Below, piece after piece: positions 1 to 13,502 of a DNA stretch of 64,000 nt (the stretch's first letter is position 1; each line of letters starts with the position of its first letter). This stretch comes from Octopus vulgaris. Its lineage: Eukaryota. The DNA lies in contig OX597821.1 of the NCBI GenBank assembly GCA_951406725.2, positions 27,962,001-28,026,000 on the forward strand, in the 5' to 3' direction. The notes below the pieces were generated by a model. The model made no database searches and was not told the DNA's origin. It saw only the letters and a program-made list of their open reading frames with translations. Position numbers and translations under genes: made by a program.

Positions 1-222
1 CAGACAGTATTTTGGTTTCTCTGGAAGACCCTTTTTAAAGTAGAACAAATAGCTAAGATTTTTGGCTGCTATTTCTTAACTTCGGTGTGTGGTGAAGCAA
101 ATCTTTGCTGAACCCTTTTATTAGTATTACTTAAGTTTGCTGTGTAACGGTCCTTTTTTCATACCGAATTCTACTTGGTGAAATTATTGATTACTTCTTA
201 ATTAATTAATTTTACCCTTTGT
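1..222 (+). mobile_element. 3' part of a Penelope-like pLTR-type repeat ending at (TA)n
   Basis: 62-220 is a diverged reverse complement of 30521-30690 (GGCTGCTATTTCT..TTCGGT.TGTGGT..GGTCCTTTT..ATTAATT..ACCCTTT). It ends at a (TA)n tract. Penelope assignment is inference. Confidence 0.5.
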
Positions 223-241
223 TATATATATATATATATAT

Positions 242-525
242 ATATTAGAAGAAATGAGGCACTCAGAAATTCGGATGGTTTTATATTTACAGATATTTAT
301 TTGTACATTACATGTTTTTATACATCATATAACTTAGATCTTTCTCCCATTCTAGTGGGTTTTTCATTTCGAACTGTGATGGTAGAAAGCGCTAATATAT
401 GACCTAAGTTTTATAAAAACATGTAATATACAAGCAAATATCTATAAATATAAAATCATCCGAATTTCTGAGTACCTCATTTCTTCTAATATAAAATACC
501 TCTACATCATTTCCAAACCTTCCAA
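242..525. repeat. Asymmetric inverted-repeat element between (TA)n tracts (about 80-95 bp arms plus 3' tail)
   Basis: TATATTAGAAGAAATGAGGCACTCAGAAATTCGGATG...CATGTTTTTATA (242-322) mirrors TATAAAAACATG...CATCCGAATTTCTGAGTACCTCATTTCTTCTAATATA (412-493). The right arm continues with an unpaired tail to 525. Confidence 0.85.
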
Positions 526-572
526 TATATATATATCAAAAACTAAATGGAGTTAAAAGCATGTGTTATCCA

Positions 573-669
573 AATTCTCTTACAACGATATATGTTTCGA
601 AAACATCATTACTATTATTCCAAAGGAATAAAATGTTGTAAAGCAATGTAATCTTCTCTTCAGGGAATT
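573..669 (-). ncRNA. Hammerhead-like motif with extended stem II
   Basis: Minus strand reads AATTCC-CTGAAGA-GAAGA..(58 nt)..TTTTC-GAAA-CA..TG-TA-AGAGAATT. The core, GUA triplet and an imperfect stem I are present. Confidence 0.55.
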
Positions 670-754
670 GAAGAAATAAAATTCGTCAATAAGACATTTT
701 AACAGAATATGATGGATATGTATAGTGATGAACTAAGCGCTATTAATAATATAA

Positions 755-1288
755 TTATCAAGTAGTTAGCGTGAAAAACCTCAGAATGGAAAAATATATT
801 AATTATTCATTTTAAATATATTTATTTATATTAAGGGCATTACTATACATAAATGGCTCACGGTAGGAGGGACTCTCAAAGACAAAGCTACCATAATAAA
901 CACATTTTGTACCGATGCGAGGGAATGCAACTCTCGAAGCGAGGCTTTTAAAAACAGATTCAGCTGCAGATCCTATGATTTCATAATTAGTGCACAAAAT
1001 GCACTTTTTAAATCGTCAGTGCATGCATAATCAAGACACATAAAAATGAACAAAAAATCAACGTACCAGACGAACACCAAATGTATCCAGCATTGTACAT
1101 AGAATTGTTCATACATAAATGTGTATAGTACAATGACTTTATTTATTATGGTAGTTTTGACTTTAAAAGTCCCTCCTAGCCTGGGGCTTTTATGTATATT
1201 ATTGCCCTTAATATAAGTAAATATATTGAAGAGAAATACTTCATGGATTTTTCCCTTATGAGGGTTTTTTCGCTAACTACTTGATAAA
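755..1288. repeat. Diverged long inverted repeat (about 145 bp arms, about 240 bp spacer)
   Basis: TTATCAAGTAGTTAGCG..TAGGAGGGACT..CTACCATAATAAA (755-900) mirrors TTTATTATGGTAG..AGTCCCTCCTAG..CGCTAACTACTTGATAA (1142-1288). Confidence 0.8.
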
Positions 1289-1348
1289 TTCTTATAAAGA
1301 TTTTATCCTATTTTAAATTATATATATATATATATATATATTTATATA

Positions 1349-1857
1349 CTAGCAGTATCGCCCGGCGTTGCTCGGGTTTGTAAGGGAAATAACTATATAA
1401 GCATTTTTAGAGAGTTACTTCCTTTATAGATGCCAATTCGGGCTTTGTTAGCCATTTCTGTCTTCAAGCCATGAAGTCGTTTTTCTAAAAGAACGCTGGT
1501 CTCCTTGACAACGCATTACGACGTTGATTTCCTTAAACTCCCTTCCCCACAGCTTGACGAGGGAGGGAAGAAGAGGGAGAAGCAAACACAGGTGCAGGTG
1601 TTTGAGCATGGACGCCAGCTCCGCCGCCATCGACACACGAAAAATTATGCATTAAAATGGAATAAAAAATGATGTTAAATAATTTTTAAAATCGTAGACT
1701 CATCGTAGACGCGCGCTAATAGCCAGACGGGCTCGATATTAATCACGACTATAAGATACCCGAATTTGGTTAAACTGCACCGCAAAATGTGGGAGGAGTT
1801 AGGAATCTAAATCGTAGGAGACAGACACTCACACAACTACAGTTTTATATATATGGA
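1349..1857 (-). mobile_element. Non-autonomous Helitron
   Basis: Minus strand begins A^TC(CATATATATAAAACTG) and ends with hairpin CCCGAGCAACGCCGGG followed by CTAG^T. This matches the 5'-TC / 3'-hairpin-CTRR termini with insertion at AT and no TSD. Confidence 0.8.
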
Positions 1858-1869
1858 TATGTATATATA

Positions 1870-2429
1870 TTTATATATACTCCTCACTCTCTTATTTTCC
1901 TTTGCCTTTCTTACTTTGCACTTCACCTTGTCCTTGTCTCTCCCTTTTTCTCGCTCTCTCTTTCTCTCTCCGTTCTCTCCCTCCTAAATTCCTTTCTTCC
2001 TCTTTTCCTCTCTCTTCTCTTCTGACGTAACCGCTTGGCCGACTACTGGCCTTTTTGAGTCTGGCAGCCGTTGCGTAAGTCACAATTCCTAACACGCCAG
2101 CTGATTTCAATTCGTTTCCTAGTCGAAAGACGCCTGTTGTGATATCATGTTATTATTATTATTGTTTTTCGTATTATATTAGTATTTATATTCGTATAAC
2201 ATCGTCCGTTTTCCCGTCCTTGTTTCGTGTACATTCGAAGCTTTTTCCAAGGAATCTAATGCTCTTAGCTTAGTTTTTCCTTGGGGCTGGCCAGATTGGA
2301 GCAATCTCAAGATTAATCAGCTGAAATTGCGAGGATGATCAGGTCCTTGACTGAATACTAAAGGGTTCGAATAACCTCACCGTGTTTTTGTATCATCTTT
2401 TGGATGTTTTGCGTTATTGTCACTTTTTG

Positions 2430-2432
<3 letters not shown>
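1870..2432 (+). mobile_element. pLTR-like repeat, same family as 23665-24070 (opposite orientation)
   Basis: CTAATGCTCTTAGCTTAGT..CCTTGGGGCTGGCCAGA.TGGAGCAATCTCAA matches the reverse complement of 23828-23882. It carries a decayed TGACTGAATA..TTCGAAT motif and ends at (TA)n. Confidence 0.6.
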
Positions 2433-2467
<35 letters not shown>

Positions 2468-2785
2468 GGTACTAAAACACAACAAACGGAAATCGTCAAA
2501 ACAAAACAAGCTGGAAAAGGACGATAGCACAACACCTGCAAACGGGACAAAACAAGATACACGGATCATTCGCAGCCAGTTGCTACTTCAGTCGGAATCT
2601 GGAATGTCCACAAAGTTTCGCCCAATTCCCTCTGATACTACTCGAAACTAGTAAGGCCAAGGGCTTAAGCTAAAGCATTAAGCCCCTGAGCAAGGCAAAC
2701 GAATGTACAAACGCAAGGAAATAACAAATACGAGGGGTCTTTCGACTAGCAAACGAACGTAACATAATAAATAGAATTATATATA

Positions 2786-4025
2786 CGAGGGGCGTTCAAT
2801 AAGTAATGCCTCTGATCCACTTGCACTTGTTTGATCTAGCTGAAATTTTGCATGTGCAATTATTTATATCTCTATAGATTAAGTGGCAAATTACAGCTCT
2901 GAACTAATTGTGGTTTCTAATTTACAGGTGTTTGAACTGAGTCATGTGTGAAAACGGAGCCTGTTGAGTGTCGAGCAGTGGTGCGGTTTTTGTATTTCAA
3001 AGGACGCACACCACGGGAGACTTTTGATGAAATAAAAGTAACTTATGGTGATGATGATGCCCCATCATATGACTTTGTAAAACGCTGGCATCGTGAATTC
3101 AAACATGGTCGGAACTTTGTGGAAACATCTCCCAGATCTGGTCGCCCCCTTCTGCCATTGATGAGGCATCTGTCCGTCAAGTTGAGGCTGCCATTTTGGA
3201 AGATCGACGCATAACTATTCGCCAAATATCCCATGAGGTCAAAATTAGTACCGGGTCTGTGGAAACTATCATTCATGACCATTTGCATTTGCAAAAGGTG
3301 TCTGCTAGATGGATTCCCAAGCTGCTCACACCTTTCCAGAATCAAGAACGCGACGATTGCGCGAGGATGAATTTGAAGATGTGCCAAGAAGATGAGTCAA
3401 AATTTTTCAAAAGACTGATTACACAGGATGAAACCTGGGTCCATCACTGTGATCCAGAGACCAAAGCCCAGTCAATGCAGTGGAAGCACTGTGACTCACC
3501 TCCTCCAAAGAAGGCAAGGGTGCAGCCCTCCGCTGTCAAGGTCATGCCCACAGTCTTCTGGGACCAGGACGGAGTAGTGATGACAGATTTCTTGGCAAAG
3601 GGTACCACAATTACAGGAGTCTATTATGCTTCACTTTTGAAGAAATTAAGAGAAGCTATCAAAATCAAGAGGCGGGCCAATATCAGCAAATGCATTCTCC
3701 TCCTGCAGGACAACGCTCCGATCCACAACTCGCGTGTCGCCAGATCAGAAGCACAGGCGTGCGGCTATGAACCCATCCCCCATTCTCCCTACTCTCCTGA
3801 CCTGCACCCTCTGATTTTCACCTCTTCCCAGCCATGAAGTTGTTTTTGAAAGGAAAGCGTTTCCCAGATGATGCAGCCTTGATTTCTGAAGTCACATCAA
3901 ACGATGGGAGACATGCGTAACTCTGGGTGGTTCCTATGTAGAAAAAGACTAATAATTGTGCCAAGTTTCGTTGCCCTACTGCTATGGGAAGTGGGTCAGG
4001 GGCATTACTTATTGAACGCCCCGCG
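2786..4025 (+). mobile_element. Near full-length mariner (DD34D, irritans-like) with TIRs and TA TSD
   Basis: TIRs CGAGGGGCGTTCAATAAGTAATGCC.CTGA.CCACTT and its reverse complement, with TA on both sides. Transposase motifs: HTH, WIPKLL, TQDETW, QDNA, YSPDL. Confidence 0.95.
2948..3951 (+). pseudogene. Mariner transposase pseudogene (frameshifts, C-terminal deletion)
   Basis: Split ORFs 2948-3214 and 3196-3837, with a frameshift in YSPDL(A)PSDF. Confidence 0.9.
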
Positions 4026-4252
4026 TATTAAATGGACAAAAGCCTTTCGGTTATACAACAAAATATGAAACAAACAGTCTTTCGACTATACAGACAGTGT
4101 AGTAGTATGCTATGGCAAGGAGAAGGAAATAGAAAATTCTTACTGACCGGGTGGCGAGACAAAACAACAGATGCGACTGACCTCAAAAGCGGTCAGCCAA
4201 AAAAGAAAGAAAACGCATAAGCCGGACAGAGATCACTTGGTAGAGGAGGGAG

Positions 4253-5519
4253 GGTTTGAGTAAGAAAGTAAGCAACGTTTTGCTCAAGGAAGACTTTGTA
4301 TAGGATTGTTGCAGAGTTTTGAATTGTTTTTTAAACATTGTTTTGCAATAGTCTGATAATACAGACATAGCCTTGCCCAAATGTATCAATAAATTAACAT
4401 TGATTTTCTTTTGACCGTTGTTACAATCATCTGAAATGTCAAAGCGCGATATTCGAGCAATTTTGCTATTCAACTTCAAAAAAGGACGTACAGCAGCTGA
4501 AACTGTTTGCGGTACCAACGATGTGTTTGGTCAGAAATGATCAGTGAGTGATCAGATTTAAATAGTTTAAACGGTTTTGCGGTGGAAACCTGAACCTTAC
4601 AGTTCGTGAGCATAGTGGACGCCCACCTGTCATCGATGATGGTCAATGAAAGACTGTAATTGAGAAAGAACCACGTAAAACCACTCGAGAAATAGCAAAA
4701 AAATCACGTTACTCAGAAAACTGCCTGCAACCATTTGCAGGCGATCGAAAAAAAAAAGGTCGACAAATGGGTACCACACGATTTGAATGAAAATCAGAAA
4801 ATGCGCAGACATGAAATTTACTCTTCGCTTCTCCTCCGTAAACAGACCGATCCGTTTCTCTACTGCATTCTAACTCACGATGAAAAGCGGATTCTGTACA
4901 ATAATAAAAACGTTCTTCGCAGTGGTTGGACAAAAATGAAGTACAAAAACCTTTTCTAAACCCGAACTCTTCAAAAAGAAGGTTATAGTGACTGTTTGGT
5001 TGTAAACTGCTGCACTCATCCACTATAATTTCTTAAAACCCGGCAAAATATTACTGCAGTAATATATTGACATGAAATTGCCAGAATGAACGAAAAGCTT
5101 CTATTCCTCCAGCCCTGACTGGTCAACAGAAGAGGGACAATCATGCTTCATGACAATGCTCGACCACATGTTTCAGTAATGATGCTCTTGGAGTTGAAGG
5201 ACCTTCACTACGAAGTTCTTCCCCCACCCAGCTTATTCCCCAGACCTTTCTAATAACAACCACTACTTTTTCAAGGATCTTGATGGTTTCCTGCAAGAGA
5301 AAGAGCTCAAAAATGAAAGCAATTCTGAATGTGCGTTCAAAGAGTTCATCAGTTCTAAGTCTCCAGATGTTTATGTTATCGGAATAAACAAGCTTGTAAT
5401 TCGTTAGAGAAAATGTGTTGATTGTAATGGTATTTACTTTGATGAATAACATTTCTGCATTGTTGAAATATGCCGTGGTGAATTTCATGTTTCAAAACGT
5501 GGCTTGCTTTTTACTCAGC
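4253..5519 (+). mobile_element. Decayed full-length mariner
   Basis: Imperfect TIRs TGAGTAAGAAAGTAAGCAACGTTTTG and CAAAACGTGGCTTGCTTTTTACTCA. Broken transposase with WVPHDL, THDEKRILY, HDNARPH and HPAYSPDL. Confidence 0.9.
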
Positions 5520-6231
5520 TATGCATCGATACATGTATTTATGTACGGATGTATATGTGCTACCTAAAAGCCAGGATAGTCACAAAGAGAATGGCGTCAG
5601 TCATATGTCAATGCCATCAAAGCTGAGATAATTACTGGGAGATAGATAACTAAAGTGATGTTTATAAACTCTGTCGAAATCACTTATACACTGGCTTTCA
5701 TGCTGATAGATAAGTAGACAGCTTTGTGTTGTATTTCAAATTAGAGCTTCAAATTCATATGGGTGCAATTGAATTTGTAGTCCTGGGTATATTATGGTTG
5801 AAAATAAAACGTTAATAATTATAAGTGTAAAGTATTTTCTTACAGGCCTCTTGTTCAGAACTTTTCTCTTCAGGATCTAAAAAATTGGATATACGCGTTA
5901 GTATGATTGTATGAAGTATTCTTTCCTAACAACACAAACCTGAATAATTATTTTCTCCCATTTCCCATTTAGACAGCTCTTATTTGGAAAATGCTAGTTG
6001 CCCCGCATAAAATGGATAAAATATATTCCAGACATATATGCAACTAGATAGGCATAAATAGTAATTTGTATTTTCCACTCACAACTCAGACACATACATT
6101 ACTACCGGTATATATATATATATATTCTTATCTATATTCAGAGAGAGTAGGATAAAGAAGAAAGAAAGAAATGTAGAAAGAGAGAGTGAGAGATACCTAC
6201 ATGCAAATATATATATATATATGACGTAAAT

Positions 6232-6295
6232 ATAGATAGACAGACAGACAAATAGATAGAGAGATAGATAGATAGACAGATAGATATATAGAGAA

Positions 6296-6329
<34 letters not shown>

Positions 6330-6347
6330 GGATAGATAGATAGATAT

Positions 6348-6442
<95 letters not shown>

Positions 6443-6460
6443 GATAGATAGATAGATAGA
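6232..6460. repeat. (GATA)n microsatellite
   Basis: Direct tandem repeat. Confidence 0.95.
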
Positions 6461-7816
6461 AGGAAATATTGAAAGCAAGAAGATTGGTAGCAGAAAACCG
6501 GAAGTCATACGGCACAGAATCAATGATTATAATATCCATACGGGAAGATGAAACATTACGACAGTATAACAATGAATATTAACCATTGTTATCGATCAAT
6601 TCAATTGTAGCTAATAGCAAATTTAAAATACACTGCTACATGAACTTTTATGTCAAAGATATTCATTATTTCTATAAATTATTAATATATTATCAATTCA
6701 TCTAAATGAGAATGCAGAGTGAATTTGATAATGCTACCTTCTAAGAATTAAAACTGCAAAAATATGAGGATTGTCTATGCAGTTTTGCATTACAGTTTCA
6801 ATCAGCCAGTCACGCTACTTACAAGAACATTCTAGTGTTTTAATGACTGAATGCTGGTGAAGGGGTGAAAATGGAATTTTATGATCTTTAAATGTTGGAA
6901 AATACCCAGAATTGCTTCTTTGAAATTGCTCTTTTAAAATTAAAAATACATCAATTTATATTAATCTTTTTTCATTCGGAATTGTCAGTGAAAGTATATG
7001 TGTGTAATGAGTAAAAATTAAAACCAAATGTTTGATTCAGAAATGAAAAGAAATTAATAAAAAAAAAAGGCTGTTCAAAAACATATTACTGATAATCTAT
7101 TCTTTTCTACTTGATGGAGATAAAATTAAAATTTAAATCAGATTCAAAAGACACGCCAGATCTCAGAAAGTAATCTATTTTCTTAAAAACCGATAGTTTT
7201 TTTTCCAATATTTTAATGAGATTTATAATCAGGCATGAGCAACAGTCAGCAGACACTACGATACACTTTCAATTTATGCTCGAAGCTCTTTCACTTTAAT
7301 TACGCTACTGATCTTCTCCAAAAGGATAAATACTTAACAGATAGTGCCCGCTCCTCTTAAATTATGTCTGATGTCTCGAATAAAAAAATTAAACTGTTAG
7401 TGCATTATCGTTAAAATAATTTCTGAAAGAAAAAAAAAAGGAAAACTAGCTACAAGTATTCCCGACTTAAAAGGTTCACTTCATTTCCAAAAAATAATTG
7501 TTTTTGAGGAAGTAACAAATCTTATTTGCGCACATCCAAATTCGCTAGAGGAAGTCTCTAAACAGAATAGTAGTCAATCCAATTTCAAATAACACTTAGA
7601 AAAATGCCTAATTTATGGTCCGACGTTCGATATTTATAAACAAAATAATTTTATGTTCGTTATTCAGATGTCTTTGATAATAACCATGAGTCTTTAAAAT
7701 GGTGTAGAAAATCCAATAAAAAAATAAGTATACATGGTAGCAACTTCCTGAGTAAGATGTTGTCAGTGATCAATACTTCTGTTCCGTCATCAATTTTTGA
7801 TTAAAAGTATATAATC

Positions 7817-8030
7817 ATTTCTACTATTGTCGCAAGGCCAGCAATTTTATGGGAGGGTAGTATCCGTTTACATTACTCCAGTGCTTCACTGGTATTTATT
7901 TCATCGCACTGGAAAAGGTTTAAAGGCAAAGTCCAGGTAGGGGTAATTTTAACTCAGAATATAAATTCGGAAGAACGGCCACCATGTATTTTCTCTGGCA
8001 TGGTAACGGTTCTACCATTTTCTCACCTTT
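7817..8030 (-). mobile_element. Old degenerate copy of the tRNA-derived SINE seen at 38486 and 48593
   Basis: Reverse-complement similarity: AAAGGCAAAGTC, TTTAACTCAGAA, CCAGTG..ACTGGTA.TTATT.CATCG. Confidence 0.55.
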
Positions 8031-9437
8031 AAGGTATAATCTTAATATTAATCTATTAGTATGTAGATTACATACCTCGACTTGAAAATGAGTCAGTGTT
8101 GATATCGCTTAAGTCGTAGGACATATAGTATGTATGATTCCATTTTTTTGTGGTATAAGTACCTCATTATCCAATTCATAATGCTTTATATAAAAAACAA
8201 TATTGTGGTTTGAAGTAACATTTTCTAACATAGAATTTCGCCCTGAGAATCTGTTTTATGTTGATTTAATTGAGGACACTGTCAATAACACCAGTTCTTT
8301 CCGAAGTTAAAATTGATGTATTGTTAACATGAAAAATCTGCAAGCTTCTGTATTTCTGATCTACAGTTATTCGCTAGAAAACGTAGCACTCGGCATGTAT
8401 TTCTCATGTAATGTTCTACTTAAATATAATATATTTCGTCTGATTGCACAAACTAATTTCAAAACGAAAGCAGCCTGAAATATTCAATCTTCATTCCAAT
8501 GACTTGGTTCTCAAATATTCCGATTGCCATTATATTGCTTTGTCAAAGTTACCATCAATTTTAAACTTCCAGAATGACTGCTACTACGCTTGTATGCCGC
8601 TACAGCATGGTACAATCACTATTACAGCAGTTTATTTTACCGCATACTTTCAAAATAGATTCACTTTCATAAAACCGTCTCATGCGTCTTCCCTGTAATG
8701 CAGAAGCACAAAAACGGTTCACTGTCACTAAGTAAACAACTACATTAAACTTATCTAAAATTTCCAAACGACATTTTAACCTGCACAGGAAAATATCCGG
8801 AAAAAATCATTTCTTCTTGAAATATTACAAACTACGCGTAGAGGTGATATAAATCCATTGTAGACAACAGTCAGAACAGAGCCCACTTCCTTTTGGTCTT
8901 ATGACCATAATCGGTGATGATATATTTCCATAGTACTTTCACTAATCATGTAAATGAAGAATTTTCGCAATGAAGTATTTCAGAGATTACTTTAGCTTCT
9001 GCGTTCTTCGTCATTTTGTTTCAGTTGTATTTATTACTTTTGCAAATACACAATGTTTTTCATCTCTTCATAAGCACCGTAATGTCATTTTTGATATTTT
9101 ACTCCCCACTTTACTTCAACCAGTAGCATATCCAATCCAAGAAGTACTTGCATTTCCTTTTGAAATGAAATTTAACATAGATTCCTCAAACCTCAAATAA
9201 ATATTACACGATAGCCAATGCCACTTTCTTCGGTACAATCGCAAATATAGCAACGCTAGCATGTAACCAGGCCGGATTATTCTGGTAAAATGATACATTA
9301 GTATCTGATTAACAAAATGCATCCACTGCAGGATATGTTTCTCGTACAGTATCAGTTGCTTTACTATGACAATCTATAACTGAAAATTATATTTCACAGA
9401 CTTACTTATTTTTTTAAACTACACACGTCTTCTTGTT

Positions 9438-9726
9438 TTCTTCTTCTTCTTCTTCTTAATCCTTTTCCCAGGTTTTCTTGGTGTAAAGGTTCCCCACCTG
9501 GACGGGACGCCGGCCCGTCGCAGGTGAACTGCAAGATGCAGGAGGAAAGAGTGAGAGCATGTTGTAGCGAAAGAGTCAGCAGAAGTCAGTCATTACCTTC
9601 TGCCGGAGCTGCGTGGAGCCTAGGTGTTTTCGCTCATAAACACACACATCGCCCGGTCTGAGATATGAACCCGCGATCCCTCGACCGCGAATCTGCTGCT
9701 CTAACCACTGGGCCATGTGCCTCCGC
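9438..9726 (-). mobile_element. tRNA(Arg)-like-derived SINE with (GAA)n tail
   Basis: Minus-strand head GGAGGCACATGGCCCAGTGGTTAGAGC (A box) ... GGGTTCATATCTC (B box-like), then a body and a (GAA)n tail. Confidence 0.85.
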
Positions 9727-10228
9727 AAAATACACTCTAGGTCTTTGAAAACATTTGTAGTGTGCTTTACTCTTTCAGTCATAGTTTAAGGTCTTTTGCT
9801 AATATCCTGCATGTATACACAATAGTTTGTTGCTCATAACCCCACGTAGCGTTGATTTGTATCTTTGAATGTGAACTTATTTTATTTAATGAATCACGAA
9901 TGAAAACATTTTAGCTATACTCTGTTTGTAATCAGAGTTTTTTTCAATCACAGAAGTATCAGCTTCAGGCGTTCTTAAAAATGTGGAGTTAACATGCCGC
10001 TCATGATGTGACTTTCACGTAGGATGCGTTATTGGATACAATGTCTCATCATTCAGTAATAGGGCGTACAGAAAAAAGCTCTGCTCAAAAACAAATGACT
10101 GCAATATTTTCCCATATGCATACATGCATACATGTAAACATATGTACATATACACATACATACACACGTACACACATACAGGAATATACACACAGACGTG
10201 TGTGTGTGTGTGTAAAAACATCTAATCA

Positions 10229-12515
10229 CACTGGTCAACAAAATTAAATATATTATACTCATTATGAAATCAAACCAAAGTTAGACTAATTTTTCATGCT
10301 GATTTCAAAGTTTCCCCCCATTTGTGTGGAGCACATATACATTTTTCAGTATATACATGAAAATATTTACATATTTATATATATATAAAATCATTAACGT
10401 AATAAATAAGGACATATTATCTTTAGAAAGGAAATGAGTTTATTGAGTTGAAAATCATAACTATCATTTTACAAATAGTGAATACACAAAAATGAGTCAG
10501 ACAAAAGAGACAAAATTAGAACAACAGAGTTAGAGATTTTGTGATTTGTATTTCCTGCGGCGATCCTGATCTAGTTGGTCATTGTAAATTATCCAGCAGT
10601 AGTCAGCCAACATACTGTCATTCCAGAAGTCATGGTACCGTTTCGCTATAGTAGTAATGTCCTGGTGAAATCTTTCATCATGTCTATCAGACACTGCTCC
10701 AAGGATATCTGCGAAGAAATCCAGATGGGAGTCCAAGAAGTGAACTTCCAAGGAAATGCGGCAATTCATTCCTGAGTAACATTTCAAAAGATTCTTGATG
10801 CCATTCTTGTAGCTCATTGCCTTCTTGTTGCCCAAGAAATTCTTACACACACAATTGGAAGCATTCCAGACAGGCAGGTCTAGTTCAGCCAGTGTTGTCC
10901 TTGAAGTTGACATCTTTGAGTACGTCTCTAATTTTGGGGTCCGACAAGGATACCTCTTTCAACTTTGCCTGTGTGATTTTAAGAAACCTTTCTACAATAT
11001 ACTTAAACCCTCTGGCACTTTTCTTCTTTAGTGCCTTTACAAACTGTTCCGTCAGACCAAGTTTCATGTGCAAAGGAGGCAATAAGTTATTACATAGATC
11101 TCACAAGAGGTGCATAGTTGACGCTAGGCAGTCTTTGCTGGTATGATGCTCTTGTCTCCCAGTTTGATTCCGAATAATGCCTGTCAGTTGCCCGACTATC
11201 CCATAGACACAAGAAACAGAGGGTCTTTTGTGAAACCGGATTGTATTCCCATTAACATTCCAATGACTTCTAAATCTCCACATATTTTCCATGAGTATCT
11301 TTCATAGGCAATGGCATGAAATAAAAGCTCCATATTCTCATATGATTCATGAAGATGAATGGAGTCTGCAATAGGAATCGAAGGCTTCAAATTACCATTA
11401 TGCAGAAGTACAGCTTTTAAACTTTGTTTTGAAGAATCAATAAACAAACGCCACTCTATAGGATCATGAGTTTGTGGTAAATATTCGAAAATTCCATCGA
11501 TGTTACTGCAACAGTAAAGCGGGCCTTCAACAGAAAGAACACGTTTGTAGAACCACATTTCTTTGCCAAAAATAAGTTATAGTAACTCCTTGCTCTAGCA
11601 GATACATCTTCTTCAGTTTTGATGTCAACAGTTCTTGCTTTAACTTTTAAGATGGGAAGTCTCTGTCAAGATCATCCAGTTCAACTTGGGTACAGTTTCT
11701 GAGGATCAAAGCTATCTTCATCAGCTACGTAACCTTCCTCAGCAGGACAGTCAATATCATCATCTGGTGCAACTGGAATTGTGAAGCGCAGGTCTCATTA
11801 CAGAATCCAAATTGGGATACACAATTTTGTGTTTATTGTTTATTGAAAATCCTCTGACATTTCCTTTGCAAAAAGTCATTAAAATGGTCTTCCCGCCGCT
11901 TCCATGTCATTGGAATGGCAAAAGACTTAGATTTCTTATTATTGAATCAGTCACGTAAGCCATTTGAGCAAGCTGAGAAGATAAAATGCGGTGCCCATAA
12001 CTTGTCCTGATCTCTAAAAGGACAGTCAAAGTATAGCTTATAAATCTTCTTGATCACTGGTTTTATTGTACGTTTTTGAGTTTTCAGATTAAATTGTCCA
12101 CAGACATAACAAAACAAATCAGGAAGATTTCCACACTGTCTGATCATTATTAACACTGTAAAGCAAGTAAGGAAATGGCTACAAACAGTTATACTTATAT
12201 TGAATTTGAGATGATGAAATATTTCATCAGACCAATTCTCAAGCTGAGTTTGGCATGCATAATTTACATAAGCCTGTAGCAAAATTGGGAATGATGCTAA
12301 GGGACAAGGAAAATAGGGAATCACAGGTTGCTTCGAGCCCTATACACTAAAGAGGGCTTTAGTGTATAGACTTTTGAGTTTTGAGGTTAAAAATGCTATT
12401 TTTGTAGTATAGGCAAAATATATATTTTATTGGCTTCAATCACGTTTCGCCGATTTCAGCTTCGGTTGTTTTATGGATTTTTTTTTCCAAATTTTCCCTA
12501 CTTAAAACAATGTAC
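10229..12515 (-). mobile_element. Chapaev (Chapaev3-like, CMC superfamily) DNA transposon relic
   Basis: Fragmented transposase: FCYVCGQF..DQDK.WAPH, WRLFIDSSK.SLKAVLLHNGN, ICGDL.VI..L.G.QSGFTK, PPLHMKLGL..QFVKAL, VHFLDSHLDFF..LGAVSD.H.ERFHQDI, MLADYCW. Candidate terminus CACTGGTCAACAAAA at 10229. The other end is uncertain. Confidence 0.85.
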
Positions 12516-13052
12516 GGTTTAATTATTAAGTAGGCATAATACATGAAATTTCCAAAACTAGGCACGCAATTCATGTTGTGTTTTTCCGGCGGCTCTGATC
12601 TAAAATAATTACTCATTTAATAAGGGTAACAGTGTCACTCCAATGTTTTGGTGGGCGGATATTTCTGCTGGGGTCATTATTCTTGTTACTATATATTTAA
12701 ATTTATTGCAATACATACATAATAATTATGTATGTAATACATTCTAAATAATTATTTAACACTTTAATAATAACTTTACACCCTACACCCACTTTTAGAT
12801 ATGTATTTGCTTGATATTTGCTTTGCAGTTAAAACTTATCTACGTGCTATTAATATTGTTGTTATGTATATTAATACATGTATGGGAGGCCATTTGTTGA
12901 AACTTACATATGTATGTATCCATGTATGGGTCAATATAACAATATAATATATATTATAATTCTTTGAGTATATTGGCGTGTGTGTACTTGAGTGTATGGT
13001 TGTTGTATGTGAGTGTGCACAGGTGTATACGTATATACATGTATATATATAT

Positions 13053-13104
<52 letters not shown>

Positions 13105-13411
13105 TTATTTATATCAGTGTGTGCTTACGCATCTATATGTATGTTGAATTTTGTTCTGGTGTATGAATGCATGAGCAAATTGTAGTAGGAGCTTGCATCT
13201 GTAAAAAATTGCAAGTATTTAAAATTTTGATTTTAAATTGTAATCATTAATTTAATTACAGATATTTACTTTTACTTATTTATTTGACCTCTAGGCTGAC
13301 TGATTATAGATTGTTTAGTCAATTAGGTGTGAAATTAGCTGTCTAATGGGCTAGTCAGCTCAATGATTAGGTGCACTGGACGGTAGATCAGTAGTCTTCT
13401 ACACACATATG

Positions 13412-13488
<77 letters not shown>

Positions 13489-13502
13489 CTGTGTGTGTGT
13501 GT

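Larger units (their letters stand above)
2464..4245 (-). mobile_element. Related pLTR-like repeat, inverted relative to 1870-2432 and interrupted by a mariner
   Basis: GTCTTTCGACTAGCAAACGA, CGAATGTACA and TAAGCTAAAGCATTA are reverse-complement homologues of blocks in 2110-2275. The sequence resumes after the mariner at 4028. Confidence 0.45.

Noticed and set aside
13293-13362. CTGATTA...GAAA-TTAGC..GCTAG-TC hammerhead-like string
   Set aside because: Core mutated and stem I register inconsistent; cannot be supported by eye.
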